From contig JAYZFC010000008.1 of NCBI GenBank assembly GCA_036337035.1, positions 3,213 through 67,212 on the forward strand: DNA of 64,000 nucleotides, read 5' to 3'. Source of the stretch: Pseudomonadota bacterium. GTDB lineage: Bacteria; Pseudomonadota; Gammaproteobacteria; Steroidobacterales; Rariloculaceae. Position 1 is the first letter of the stretch. Each line of letters opens with the position of its first letter. The position numbers and the translations under genes were made by a program. The notes beneath the pieces are model-generated. The model saw only the letters and a list, made by a program, of their open reading frames with translations, did not search any database and was not told the origin of the DNA. Shown piece by piece: positions 1 through 10,000 of the stretch.

Positions 1-959
1 ATAATACATTTAGAATCATTTTCTTTAACATTTAAAATGACCTCAACTACCCAGATATTTTTACTTATAGAAAGATTATACTTTATAGCATCCTTATCAG
101 TGATAAATACAGGAAAATTATCATCAAATAATAAATCATTAGAAACAATATTTGCATGATCTGGTAAAGGGTGTTCAATTACATCAATAGAATAATTTCT
201 AAGCAAATCAAAAAAACTACCTGGGTTACCTATCCCTGCGACGGCATGAACTTTAGCTCCAGAAAAATCTTCAATTTTCTTTATCATTTCACCTTCAAGC
301 TGTCTAACGCTATCTACCTTCAAGCTAGTTTTAATAGCATTAGGATAAGTAAAAAGTCCTTCATTGATTACCACACTATTAGCTTTTTTAATCCGTGATA
401 ATGGCTCTCTTAAAGGACCAGCAGGAAGGCACATTCCATTTCCTAAACCTCTCTTACCATCGATCATAATAAATTCGAAATCTCTTTTCATTCCATAATG
501 CTGTAATCCATCATCACTAAGTAATATATCAATACCATCATCTATAATATATCTTGCTGCTTCAACTCGATTATGAGCAACAACTACAGGGCAATTAGTT
601 TTTTTTGATATCATAACAGCCTCATCTCCAACTACAGATGGGCTACTCTTGCTGTTAACGCTTGTCGGATTGCCAGAGTAGCTTCCTTTATAGCCTCTAC
701 TTATTATTCCAACTTTAATGTTAGACTTTGATAGAGTATTTGCTAGCCAGATAATAAAAGATGTCTTTCCTGTGCCTCCTAATGTAAGGTTTCCAATAAT
801 AACTATAGGAACATTAGGAAAATTAGTATTATTAATAATATACAAAAAATATAATTTTCTTAAAAATACTACTAACCTAAATAGCAAAGAAAGAGGGTAA
901 AGAAGAATTCCTGCAAAGCTATTACTATACCAAATCCAATTAAATACTCTATTAAACAT
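1..959 (-). CDS. lpxK: tetraacyldisaccharide 4'-kinase LpxK (3' end runs off the window)
   Basis: Absent from the supplied ORF track because it is open at the window edge. My minus-strand translation from the ATG at 959 gives MFNRVFNWIWYSNSFAGILLYPLSLLFRLVVFLRKLYF...PIVIIGNLTLGGTGKTSFIIWLA...ISRGYKG...LLSDDGLQHY...GNGMCLPAGPLREP...VAGIGNPGSFF. The P-loop GGTGKT and the SRGY, DDGLQH and GIGNP motifs are typical of LpxK. It starts 6 nt downstream of the msbA stop, as in the E. coli msbA-lpxK operon. Confidence 0.85.
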   Translation of the reverse strand, partial: MFNRVFNWIWYSNSFAGILLYPLSLLFRLVVFLRKLYFLYIINNTNFPNVPIVIIGNLTLGGTGKTSFIIWLANTLSKSNIKVGIISRGYKGSYSGNPTSVNSKSSPSVVGDEAVMISKKTNCPVVVAHNRVEAARYIIDDGIDILLSDDGLQHYGMKRDFEFIMIDGKRGLGNGMCLPAGPLREPLSRIKKANSVVINEGLFTYPNAIKTSLKVDSVRQLEGEMIKKIEDFSGAKVHAVAGIGNPGSFFDLLRNYSIDVIEHPLPDHANIVSNDLLFDDNFPVFITDKDAIKYNLSISKNIWVVEVILNVKENDSKCI

Positions 960-965
960 ATTTAG

Positions 966-2714
966 TTATGTAGAAAATTGCATATTATATAAATCTTTAT
1001 AGTGGCCATTACTAGAAAGTAGTTCTTGGTGTGTCCCACTCTCAATCAAAGATCCATTATTTAAAACTAAAATAAGATCAGCCTTTTCTACTGTAGATAA
1101 ACGGTGGGCAATCACAAGTGTTGTCCTTCCTTTCATAAGAGTTGCCATTGCTTTCTGAATATATTTTTCAGATTCATTATCTAATGCAGAAGTTGCCTCA
1201 TCCAATATCAAAATTGGTGAGTTCTTCAAAAAAGCTCTAGCAATTGCTATCCTTTGCTTTTGGCCGCCAGAAAGCAAAATACCTTTCTCGCCGACCTCAG
1301 AATCTATTCCCTTTGGAAGTGACTCACAAAATTCTAAAACATAAGCTGATTCAGCCGCTTGTAAGATTTTCTTTCTTGGAAGGCTTGAAAGAGATCCATA
1401 ACCAATGTTATTAGCAATAGTATCATTAAAAAGCATGATATCTTGGCTCACTAAGCTAATTTGCCTTCTTAAATCTCTTAGCTCATAATGATTGAGATTA
1501 ATTTTATCAAGTAAAATCTCTCCTTTGTCAACATCATAGAATCTTGGCAACAAGCCAACTAATGTAGATTTACCACTTCCTGATCTACCAACAATTGCGA
1601 CCGTCATTCCAGATTTAACCTCTAATGAAACGTTGCGCAACACCTTTCCTTTTGCTCTATCATATGTAAAAGAAATATTTTTAATATCAATATCTCCATT
1701 AATTTTTCTTATTTTTTTAGATCCATAATCCTCTTCAGTAGGTTCATCTATAATTTCAAAAAGACTTTCTCCAGCAGCAATACCTCTTTGAAGGGCTAAG
1801 TTAATATTAACAACTCTTTTTAATGGAGCTAACAACATTCCCATAGCTGTTAGAAATCCCATAAATGAAGCTGCATTCAACATATTATTAGTAATATCAG
1901 AGAAAGCTACATAAATAACAGCTGCAACTCCTAATGCAACTGTATACTGTGTCAATGCGTCTCCTATAGAAACTGTAGCAACTAACTTTAAGTTCATTTT
2001 ATAGTTAGCTCTGTTTATTTCATTAAACTTATTATTCTCATAATCTTGCCCTTCAAATATCTTAACTACCTTATGACCTGAAATAGCAGACTCAATAATC
2101 CTTGTTGCATCACCCATTGATGTTTGAATTTTAGCGCTATACCTGCGAAAAGCCTTACTCATAATTGAAACAAATATCGCTACAACTGGTGTTGTAATGG
2201 CAACAAGAATAGTTAAAGGAGGGCTAAAATAGATCATGGCACCTATTAATACAAATATTGTTAGACTATCCCTAACTAAAACAACTAGAGCATTAGAAAT
2301 AGCTTCTGCTACCTGTTCAGTATTATAAGTAAGTTTTGAAACAAGCATCCCGATAGAGGAAGAGTCAAAATACTTAGATGGTAATTCAGTATATTTTTTA
2401 AATATTAAAGATCTAAGATCTCTAATAACCCTTCTCCCTATCCAGGCTAAACCATATATAGAAACAAAATCAGTTATTCCTCTAACTGCAAATGTAAGAA
2501 GTATAATAAAAGGAAGATACAATCCTTGGCCATGCATCTCTTGCTCAAGAATCTCAAAAACATCCCTCATGATAAATGGGACATATGCATTCGCAGCTGA
2601 GTAAAACAACATAGCTATAAAAGAAAAAAGCAATACGCGCCAATGAGGAGCTACATACTTAAGTAGCCTTTTATAAACTACTATTACCTTTTTATCTATA
2701 GAAAATCTATTCAA
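966..2714 (-). CDS. msbA: lipid A export ABC transporter (permease/ATPase fusion) MsbA
   Basis: 582-aa ORF with an N-terminal multi-TM ABC exporter domain followed by a nucleotide-binding domain. Walker A GRSGSGKST, signature LSGGQKQRIAIARA, Walker B ILILDEATSALD. Directly upstream of lpxK. Confidence 0.9.
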   Translation of the reverse strand: MNRFSIDKKVIVVYKRLLKYVAPHWRVLLFSFIAMLFYSAANAYVPFIMRDVFEILEQEMHGQGLYLPFIILLTFAVRGITDFVSIYGLAWIGRRVIRDLRSLIFKKYTELPSKYFDSSSIGMLVSKLTYNTEQVAEAISNALVVLVRDSLTIFVLIGAMIYFSPPLTILVAITTPVVAIFVSIMSKAFRRYSAKIQTSMGDATRIIESAISGHKVVKIFEGQDYENNKFNEINRANYKMNLKLVATVSIGDALTQYTVALGVAAVIYVAFSDITNNMLNAASFMGFLTAMGMLLAPLKRVVNINLALQRGIAAGESLFEIIDEPTEEDYGSKKIRKINGDIDIKNISFTYDRAKGKVLRNVSLEVKSGMTVAIVGRSGSGKSTLVGLLPRFYDVDKGEILLDKINLNHYELRDLRRQISLVSQDIMLFNDTIANNIGYGSLSSLPRKKILQAAESAYVLEFCESLPKGIDSEVGEKGILLSGGQKQRIAIARAFLKNSPILILDEATSALDNESEKYIQKAMATLMKGRTTLVIAHRLSTVEKADLILVLNNGSLIESGTHQELLSSNGHYKDLYNMQFST

Positions 2715-2744
2715 TATAATTACCTTTATTCAGTCTATAATAAT

Positions 2745-3446
2745 TTATCTACTTTGATAAAGTGGTTTCAAAGTACCATTTTTTAATTCAAATACTTTTT
2801 CCATTTTATCAGCAATCTTAGCATCATGAGTAACCACTATAAGGCTTGTATTTAAAATAAGATTAAGCTCCATCATTAGATCAAAGACTTTAGAGCTTGT
2901 TTTAGAATCAAGATTTCCGGTTGGCTCATCGGCAAGAACAACAAGCGGCTTGGTAATTAATGCCCTAACGACTGCTACTCTTTGTCTCTCCCCGCCAGAA
3001 AGCTCATTTGGTTTATGATTTAATCTTTTCGATAATCCTGCTTTACTAAGTAAATTACAAGCATCCGATAAAGCCAAACTATATGCTATGCCTCTTATTA
3101 ATAATGGCATTGCAACATTTTCTGCAGCAGTAAATTCTGGTAGTAGATGATGAAATTGATACACAAAGCCAATTGAGCTATTCCTGAACTTGCTAAGTTC
3201 ACCTTCTGGTAAAATATTTATATCTTGTTTACCGATAAATATCTTTCCTGACGATGGTTTATCGAGACCACCTAATAATTGCAATAAAGTAGTTTTACCT
3301 GATCCTGAAGATCCAATAATTGCTACTTTATCTCCAGAAAAAATTTCTAAATTTATGCCTTTAAGCACTTCAAGAGATTGCCCTACTTCAGAAAAGCTTT
3401 TCTTAAGATCAATAGTTTGTAAAAATATTTTTTTATTATCATTCAT
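2745..3446 (-). CDS. lolD: lipoprotein-releasing system ATP-binding protein LolD
   Basis: 233 aa. Walker A GSSGSGKTT, signature LSGGERQRVAVVRAL, Walker B VLADEPTGNLD. Overlaps the 3' end of the second LolC/E-type permease gene by 8 nt. Confidence 0.88.
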   Translation of the reverse strand: MNDNKKIFLQTIDLKKSFSEVGQSLEVLKGINLEIFSGDKVAIIGSSGSGKTTLLQLLGGLDKPSSGKIFIGKQDINILPEGELSKFRNSSIGFVYQFHHLLPEFTAAENVAMPLLIRGIAYSLALSDACNLLSKAGLSKRLNHKPNELSGGERQRVAVVRALITKPLVVLADEPTGNLDSKTSSKVFDLMMELNLILNTSLIVVTHDAKIADKMEKVFELKNGTLKPLYQSR

Positions 3447-4686
3447 AATTAAGATTTTCTATTGGTATTTTTTTAGCAGCAGAGATTGCAGGAAATAATG
3501 TTGCAATTACAGACAAAGATATAGTAAAAAGAGAGACTTTCAAAACCTCAGTTAATCTAATCTGTGTGGGAAGATCACTCAAAAAATAAACATCTTCTGC
3601 AAGAAGTTCAATATTAAAAAACAGCTCAATGAAATAAACAACATTACTCAACTGAGAAGAAATAATCATGCCAAGAATAATACCAATAATAGTACCAATA
3701 ATTCCTATTAGAGAGCCAATAATTAAAAATATTAATAAAATATTATAATGTGATGCTCCCAAAGTTGCTAAAATAGCGACATCTGATCGCTTCTCTCTTA
3801 CTACCATAACTAAAGTAGATATAATATTAAATACAGCAACTGCAATTATTAAAGATAAAATTACAAACATAATAGACTTAGTTATTTGTATAGATTTAAA
3901 AAAATTAATGTATCTTCTTGTCCAGTCATTAGAATAAAAACTTTTACCTAAATCAAAGATAATATCGTCTGTAATAGCACTAACTGCAAAGGCATCATCT
4001 AGGTATAATCTTATTCCATCAACTAAATTACTTTTATTATATAATAATCTTGCATCATCAAGATTTATATAAGCTAAACCACGATCATACTCATACATAC
4101 CAACATCAAAGATACCAGAAACAGTAAAGGTTCTCATTCTAGGGCTTAAGCCAATAGGTGTTACTACTCCTTTTGATGTCATAATTATAACCTTATCTCC
4201 TATTCCTACTCCTAGTTCATTAGACAAACTACTTCCTATAACAATATTAAATTGACTATCTAGTAATGATAATAAACCTCCTTCTGAGAACATCTCTCCA
4301 ATATTGGAAACCCTTGTTTCTAAATTAGCCTCAATCCCTCTTATATTTACTGAATATATGTCTTCATCAAATATAATTAAACTTTGTTCATCAATATATG
4401 GAGCGATATTTAAGACCTCTGGGTTTTCCATTATCCTATTCCCTACACTACTCCAATCTAATATTGGCCCATTAAGGTCTTGAATTGTAGAATGGGCAGC
4501 TACTCCTAAAACTCTTTGTTGAAGTTGATGCTCAAAGCCATTCATTACAGAAAGGACGATCAATAAAACAGCTACAGCTAAGCTTATACCAGCAATCGAG
4601 ACCAAAGAAATGAAAGATAAAAAATTCTTTCTATTTTTCGATAAAAGATATCTAAATGAAATAAATGGTTCTAGTTTAAACATCAT
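3439..4686 (-). CDS. lolE: lipoprotein-releasing system permease (LolE-like)
   Basis: 415 aa with MacB/FtsX-type topology: N-terminal FRYLLSKNRKNFLSFISLVS TM segment, a large periplasmic loop and three C-terminal TM segments. Paralogous to the adjacent upstream permease. The lolE versus lolC label rests on gene order only. Confidence 0.8.
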   Translation of the reverse strand: MMFKLEPFISFRYLLSKNRKNFLSFISLVSIAGISLAVAVLLIVLSVMNGFEHQLQQRVLGVAAHSTIQDLNGPILDWSSVGNRIMENPEVLNIAPYIDEQSLIIFDEDIYSVNIRGIEANLETRVSNIGEMFSEGGLLSLLDSQFNIVIGSSLSNELGVGIGDKVIIMTSKGVVTPIGLSPRMRTFTVSGIFDVGMYEYDRGLAYINLDDARLLYNKSNLVDGIRLYLDDAFAVSAITDDIIFDLGKSFYSNDWTRRYINFFKSIQITKSIMFVILSLIIAVAVFNIISTLVMVVREKRSDVAILATLGASHYNILLIFLIIGSLIGIIGTIIGIILGMIISSQLSNVVYFIELFFNIELLAEDVYFLSDLPTQIRLTEVLKVSLFTISLSVIATLFPAISAAKKIPIENLNYE

Positions 4687-4689
4687 ATA

Positions 4690-5922
4690 TTACTCATATC
4701 TCAAGGAATCAATAGGCAAAACAGATGCTGCTCTATATGATGGATAAATAGTAGATATAACAGAGATAAAAATTGATATGACAGAAATTAATACGATATC
4801 AAAAACCCTTACCTCTGAGGGAAGTACACTAATATAAAAAACATCGCTAGGCATAATATTAAAATTAAAAGTTTTTTCTAACCAAGGAAATATATTCTCT
4901 GCATTGATAGCTAAAAATAAACCAATAATATTTCCTGCAATTATTCCTGAAATTCCTACGATTGATCCTTGTAGAATAAAAATTTTTAATATACTTTTTT
5001 TCTCTATCCCAAGAGTCTTAAGTATAGCAATATCAGTCTCTTTATCAGTTACAAACATAACTAAAGAGGCAACAATATTAAATGTAGCAACCGCAACAAT
5101 TAAACCAAGTAATAAGGTCATCATAATTTTTTCAATTTTAATAGCATTGAAATAGCTACGATTCTCAATGCTCCAATCAGAATACACATAATCATTTCTT
5201 GAAAAATTTAAAAGCTGGTCTTGAATATTAGCAATAGATAATGGCTGATCTAAATAAATACCTATGGTAGTTGGGACCCCTCTTAAACCTTTTAAAATAC
5301 TTGCATCAGAGATATTCATTATAGCTAAACTAGAGTCGTGTTCTAGAACGCCAGCTTCAAAAATTCCAGCTAATAAGAAAGTCTTAATTTTTGCTGAAGG
5401 TATGCCTCCTTCTACTGAAGGAATCATTATATTAACACTATCGCCTATATCCAATCCTAAACTATATGCAAGAGCATAGCCTACAGCAATTCTATTCGAA
5501 TAGGGTTGAAGATTACTAATATCGCCAGAAATAAAAAAAGAATTAGCCTCAAGAAAGTAAGGCCCCTGATCAACTTCGATACCTTGAATAATCACTGGCT
5601 TTAAATTATCTCCAATACCAATAACAGCCTCTCCAGAAACAAATGGCATAGATCTAGTAACACCAGGAATTGTGGATATTTTATTGCTTAGATTTTCCCA
5701 GTATTCTATGCCATCTTTATTACTTATAGTTGCATGTGGTTTCATATTGATTAAACGACTTTTTAGTTCTGTCTCTAGACCGTTCATAACTGACAGTATT
5801 ACTATTAATGATGCCACACCGAGAGCCACACCAGCCAAAGAAGACATACTAATAAAAGACATATATCTGCTCTTTTTTTTTGACCAGATATATCTTAGCG
5901 CTATAAATAATTCAAAAAACAT
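4690..5922 (-). CDS. lolC: lipoprotein-releasing system permease (LolC-like)
   Basis: The ORF track gives 4690..5979. Homologues begin near the conserved FIALRYIWSKKKSRYMSF motif, so I place the start at Met20 (ATG at 5922). Same MacB/FtsX-type architecture as the downstream paralogue. Confidence 0.8.
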   Translation of the reverse strand: MFFELFIALRYIWSKKKSRYMSFISMSSLAGVALGVASLIVILSVMNGLETELKSRLINMKPHATISNKDGIEYWENLSNKISTIPGVTRSMPFVSGEAVIGIGDNLKPVIIQGIEVDQGPYFLEANSFFISGDISNLQPYSNRIAVGYALAYSLGLDIGDSVNIMIPSVEGGIPSAKIKTFLLAGIFEAGVLEHDSSLAIMNISDASILKGLRGVPTTIGIYLDQPLSIANIQDQLLNFSRNDYVYSDWSIENRSYFNAIKIEKIMMTLLLGLIVAVATFNIVASLVMFVTDKETDIAILKTLGIEKKSILKIFILQGSIVGISGIIAGNIIGLFLAINAENIFPWLEKTFNFNIMPSDVFYISVLPSEVRVFDIVLISVISIFISVISTIYPSYRAASVLPIDSLRYE

Positions 5923-5983
5923 TTGAAATAATATATAAGTTGAATAAAATACATGCCTACGAAAACTCCAAAGGAACAATATT

Positions 5984-7042
5984 ATGAAGTTTACTAACTT
6001 ATTAGTGCCGTTTCTAATTGTATTTCTACCTTTTTCATCATTTTCTCAAGATATAGCTATAGATCATGCTCCTATCAGCATAATGGGCGACCATATGCAC
6101 AAAGCTGGCGAATATATGATTTCTTTAAGAACTATGAAGATGAAAATGTCAGGTAACATAAATAAATCAGGAAGTTTATCAGATTCTCAGATTATCAACC
6201 TCCCTAACCCATATCAGATGGGCTCGATGCCAGCAAAGCTAAGTGTTGTTCCACAAAACATGGATATGAATATGACTATGTTAGGTTTCATGTATGCGCC
6301 TTCTGACAAGTTTACATTAATGGCAATGGCAATGTTTAATGGTAAAGAAATGACACTCAACACGTACAAAGGAATGATGGATAGGGCATATATTGGGTCT
6401 TTTGAAACGTTATCTTCAAATAAATTATCATCATTTTCCTTATCAACACTAATCAGGCTAACTAATGAAGAAAATCATAATGCTCACATAGAAATTGGTT
6501 TATCAGAATATTCAGGATCAAATAATCTTAAAGGTATAGTTCTTACCCCAATGAACATGAAAAAAAATATGGTACTTCCATATGCAATGCAGCAATCAGA
6601 TAAATCAAAGAAATTAATATTTGCGTATACTAGAAATAATAAGATTAATGAAAATTATCATTCAGGATTTCAAATAAGAAGTATTTCTACTATAGAAAAG
6701 GATAAATGGAGCTATGGAGATAGGTTGATTTTTTCTGGTTGGCTACAAAAACAGTTTGATATCAATACATCTGGATCATTGGCAGTCTATTTTAAAAATG
6801 AAGGAAAGATAAATGGTAGAGATTCTTCTATAATGGCTCCTGTACAAACTGCTAATCCAGAGAACTATGGCGGCAATACTGTAGAGATAGGATTTGGGAT
6901 AAACAAATTATTGACAATATTCCCAGGTCTTCATAAAGATAGGATAGCTATTGAGGCATTAATTCCAATTAATCAGCAACCAAATGGAACTCAAATGAAA
7001 AGAACATGGTCATTAACTTTTGGATACCAAAAAACATTCTAA
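5984..7042 (+). CDS. Met/His-rich predicted beta-barrel outer-membrane protein, function unknown
   Basis: 352 aa. Sec signal peptide MKFTNLLVPFLIVFLPFSSFSQD. C-terminal ...LTFGYQKTF ends in Phe, as outer-membrane barrel proteins typically do. Met clusters MKMKM, MDMNMTM and LMAMAM, plus DHAPISIMGDHMH near the mature N-terminus. I cannot name a characterised family with confidence. Confidence 0.65.
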   Translation: MKFTNLLVPFLIVFLPFSSFSQDIAIDHAPISIMGDHMHKAGEYMISLRTMKMKMSGNINKSGSLSDSQIINLPNPYQMGSMPAKLSVVPQNMDMNMTMLGFMYAPSDKFTLMAMAMFNGKEMTLNTYKGMMDRAYIGSFETLSSNKLSSFSLSTLIRLTNEENHNAHIEIGLSEYSGSNNLKGIVLTPMNMKKNMVLPYAMQQSDKSKKLIFAYTRNNKINENYHSGFQIRSISTIEKDKWSYGDRLIFSGWLQKQFDINTSGSLAVYFKNEGKINGRDSSIMAPVQTANPENYGGNTVEIGFGINKLLTIFPGLHKDRIAIEALIPINQQPNGTQMKRTWSLTFGYQKTF

Positions 7043-10000
7043 TAGAATATTATTAGAGGGTTTAAAGCCTAATTTTAATCTTACTGAGAATATTTCAGGT
7101 TATTCAATAGGATCTTTATATGGCTGTTCTGATTCCTTATTATTATCATTAATATCAGATAAGTACAAAAATATATGTGTCATAACTAATAATGATGCTA
7201 GTTCAGAACAAATTATTAATGAAATAAAGTTTTTTAATAATCAAATAGAATTAATAAATCTAGGTGATTACGGAACTCTGCCTTATGACGACTATTCTCC
7301 GCCTCAGGAATTACTATCTGAGAGAATTAAATCCTTATATAATATTCTAACTATAAAAAATAAAATAATTGTCTCTAATGTTTCAAATCTATTTAACAAG
7401 CTACCCCCGAAGGAATTTATAAAATCTAGATTATTTAATATAAAGATTAATGCCTATTATAACTATGATTATATAAAAGATAAATTAAACGAGTTTGGCT
7501 ATTTTAAAACAAATAATGTTATATCCCCTGGAGAATTTGCAGTAAGAGGTTCACTTATTGACATTTATCCAGCAAATAAAGAAAACCCTGTTAGGATAGA
7601 TTTTTTTGATAATTCAATTGATTCTATAAGAATTTTCAACCCTAATAGCCAGGCAACTATAAAAAAAATAGAAAACCTAAGTATACTTCCAGCTAGAGAC
7701 TTTACGTTAAATGATGAATCAATAATAAGATTTAGAGAAAATTTTAGAAAATATATTAATTGTAACCCTAGTGAGTCAAATATATATAATAAAATAAGTG
7801 AAGGAAGAATACCGGCAGGAATAGAATACTACCTCCCCCTTTTCTTTGATAAAACTTATTCATTATTAGATTACTTACATAAAGATACGATTCTTATCTC
7901 CCTTGGTAATTATGAAGCTAGCATTAAAGATTCATGGAAAACTATAAATAATCGATTTATAGAGTCAAAAGAGGTTTCAACAGAACCAAAGTTAAAACCA
8001 GAATTTATATTTAATTCTCCTAAAGAAATTAAAAAAGATATCTCTAATTTCAAATCTCTTACACTATTTGATAAAAAAATTAAGGAACAGAAATGTTTAT
8101 CTTATAATGTTGAGGCCATTCACCCATTATCTATTGGCGATCCTTATATTTTAAATAAAATAGATAGATACATTAAATCTAATAAAACTGAAAAGATTTT
8201 AATTACATCATCATCTTTAGGAAATAATGAAATACTAAATAAAATATTAAATGAATACCAAGTTTCAGCTAAATATATACAATCTTGGGATGAATTTATT
8301 TTATCAGATACTGGAATATTTATAATAGTTGCAAATATTAAAGATGGTTTAGTTCTTCCGTATCTCAACTTAATGGTAATAACCTCAGAATTACTTGGAA
8401 TAGAAAAACCTCAGCAATTTATTAAATCAAAGAGAGTAACTAATAAAACTCCAGAGACTATTATAAAAGAATTAAATGATCTTAGAATAAGTTCTCCTGT
8501 CATACATGACGAATATGGAATAGGAAGATATAAGGGCTTAAAGCCAATTAAAGTAAATACAGATGGAATAATAATGACTGAGTTCTTAGCTATTGAGTAT
8601 GCTGACCATGATATGCTTTATGTTCCTATCTATAATTTACATCTAATCAATAGATACACAGGAGCTTCTCCTGATAAAGCCCCACTCCATAAGCTTGGTT
8701 CGGATCAATGGATTAAAGCCAAAAAAAGAGCTGCTACAAAAGTTCGTGATATTGCAGCTGAGCTTCTAAAAATCTATGCTGAAAGATCAGGATCTAAGGG
8801 AATCTCTTTTTCAATTAATGATAATGCCTATCAAGAGTTTTCATTAGAATTTCCATTTCAAGAAACAGAAGATCAGGAAACTACAATTAACTCGGTCCTT
8901 AAAGACTTAGAACAACAATACCCTATGGATAGAATTGTTTGTGGTGATGTAGGATTTGGAAAAACAGAAGTTGCTCTTAGGGCAGCATTCGTTGTTGCTA
9001 ATGCAGGGTATCAAGTTGCTGTTCTGGTACCAACTACACTTCTAGCTCAACAACATTTTACTACATTTAGCGAAAGATTTATAAATTGGCCAATCAATAT
9101 AGGTCTATTATCTCGTTTTGAATCCTCTAAAAATTTAGAAAAAACAAAAAATAATTTAGAGAAAGGGTTAATAGATATAGTTATTGGTACTCATAAATTA
9201 CTAAATAAGGATCTAAAATTTAAATCATTAGGATTAGTTATTATTGATGAAGAGCATAGATTTGGTGTAAGACACAAAGAAAAACTTAAAGAAATAAGGT
9301 CCGATATTGATGTGCTATCACTAACAGCTACACCAATTCCTAGAACCCTAAATATGACTCTAGGCGGTTTAAGAGATTTATCAATAATTGCCACTCCCCC
9401 TCAAGATAGGCTTTCAATTAAAACTATGCATAATGAGTGGAGTAATATTTCTATAAAAGAAACGATTATGAGAGAAATTCATCGAGGTGGTCAAATATAT
9501 TTTGTTCACAATCATATAGATTCCATTAAAACAATCTTCTCTAAGTTAAATAAATTACTACCTGAAATAAAAATTGAAATTGCCCATGGTAGGATGCCTG
9601 AAAATAAGCTTGAATCAATTATGATAGATTTCTATAAAAGAAAATTTGATCTACTTCTTTGTACAACTATAATTGAAAGTGGTATAGATATACCTTCAGC
9701 TAATACAATAATAATTAACAGAGCTGATAAGCTAGGGCTGGCGCAACTACATCAACTAAGAGGAAGAGTTGGTAGATCAAACCATCAAGCCTATGCTTTG
9801 CTTATTAGCCCTCCTAAAATATCTTTGAACGAAGATGCAAAGAAAAGACTAGAGGCTATAGAAATACTAGAAGATCTCGGCTCTGGCTTTACCCTTTCTA
9901 ATCATGATCTTGAAATCAGAGGTGCAGGAGAATTACTAGGAAAAGATCAAAGTGGTAAAATTCAAGCTATAGGATTTTCTTATTACAATCAGCTACTTGA

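Noticed and set aside
171-900. Plus-strand ORFs 171..398 (75 aa) and 718..900 (60 aa) from the track.
   Set aside because: Both lie antisense to a continuous minus-strand frame with clear LpxK motifs (GGTGKT, SRGY, DDGLQH, GIGNP). Their translations are low-complexity products of AT-rich sequence.
3190-5926. Plus-strand ORFs 3190..3498, 4904..5155, 5264..5479 and 5672..5926.
   Set aside because: They are antisense to the well-supported lolD, lolE and lolC genes. None has a recognisable motif or ribosome-binding site. Their hydrophobic or Ile/Phe/Ser-rich translations are typical mirror-frame artefacts.
7020-7042. 23-nt overlap between the OMP gene and the mfd TTG start, as a possible translational-coupling or frameshift signal.
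   Set aside because: It is most simply an uncertain start call. The ORF finder picks the most upstream ATG, GTG or TTG. I see no slippery sequence, and the first roughly 10 Mfd residues are not conserved.
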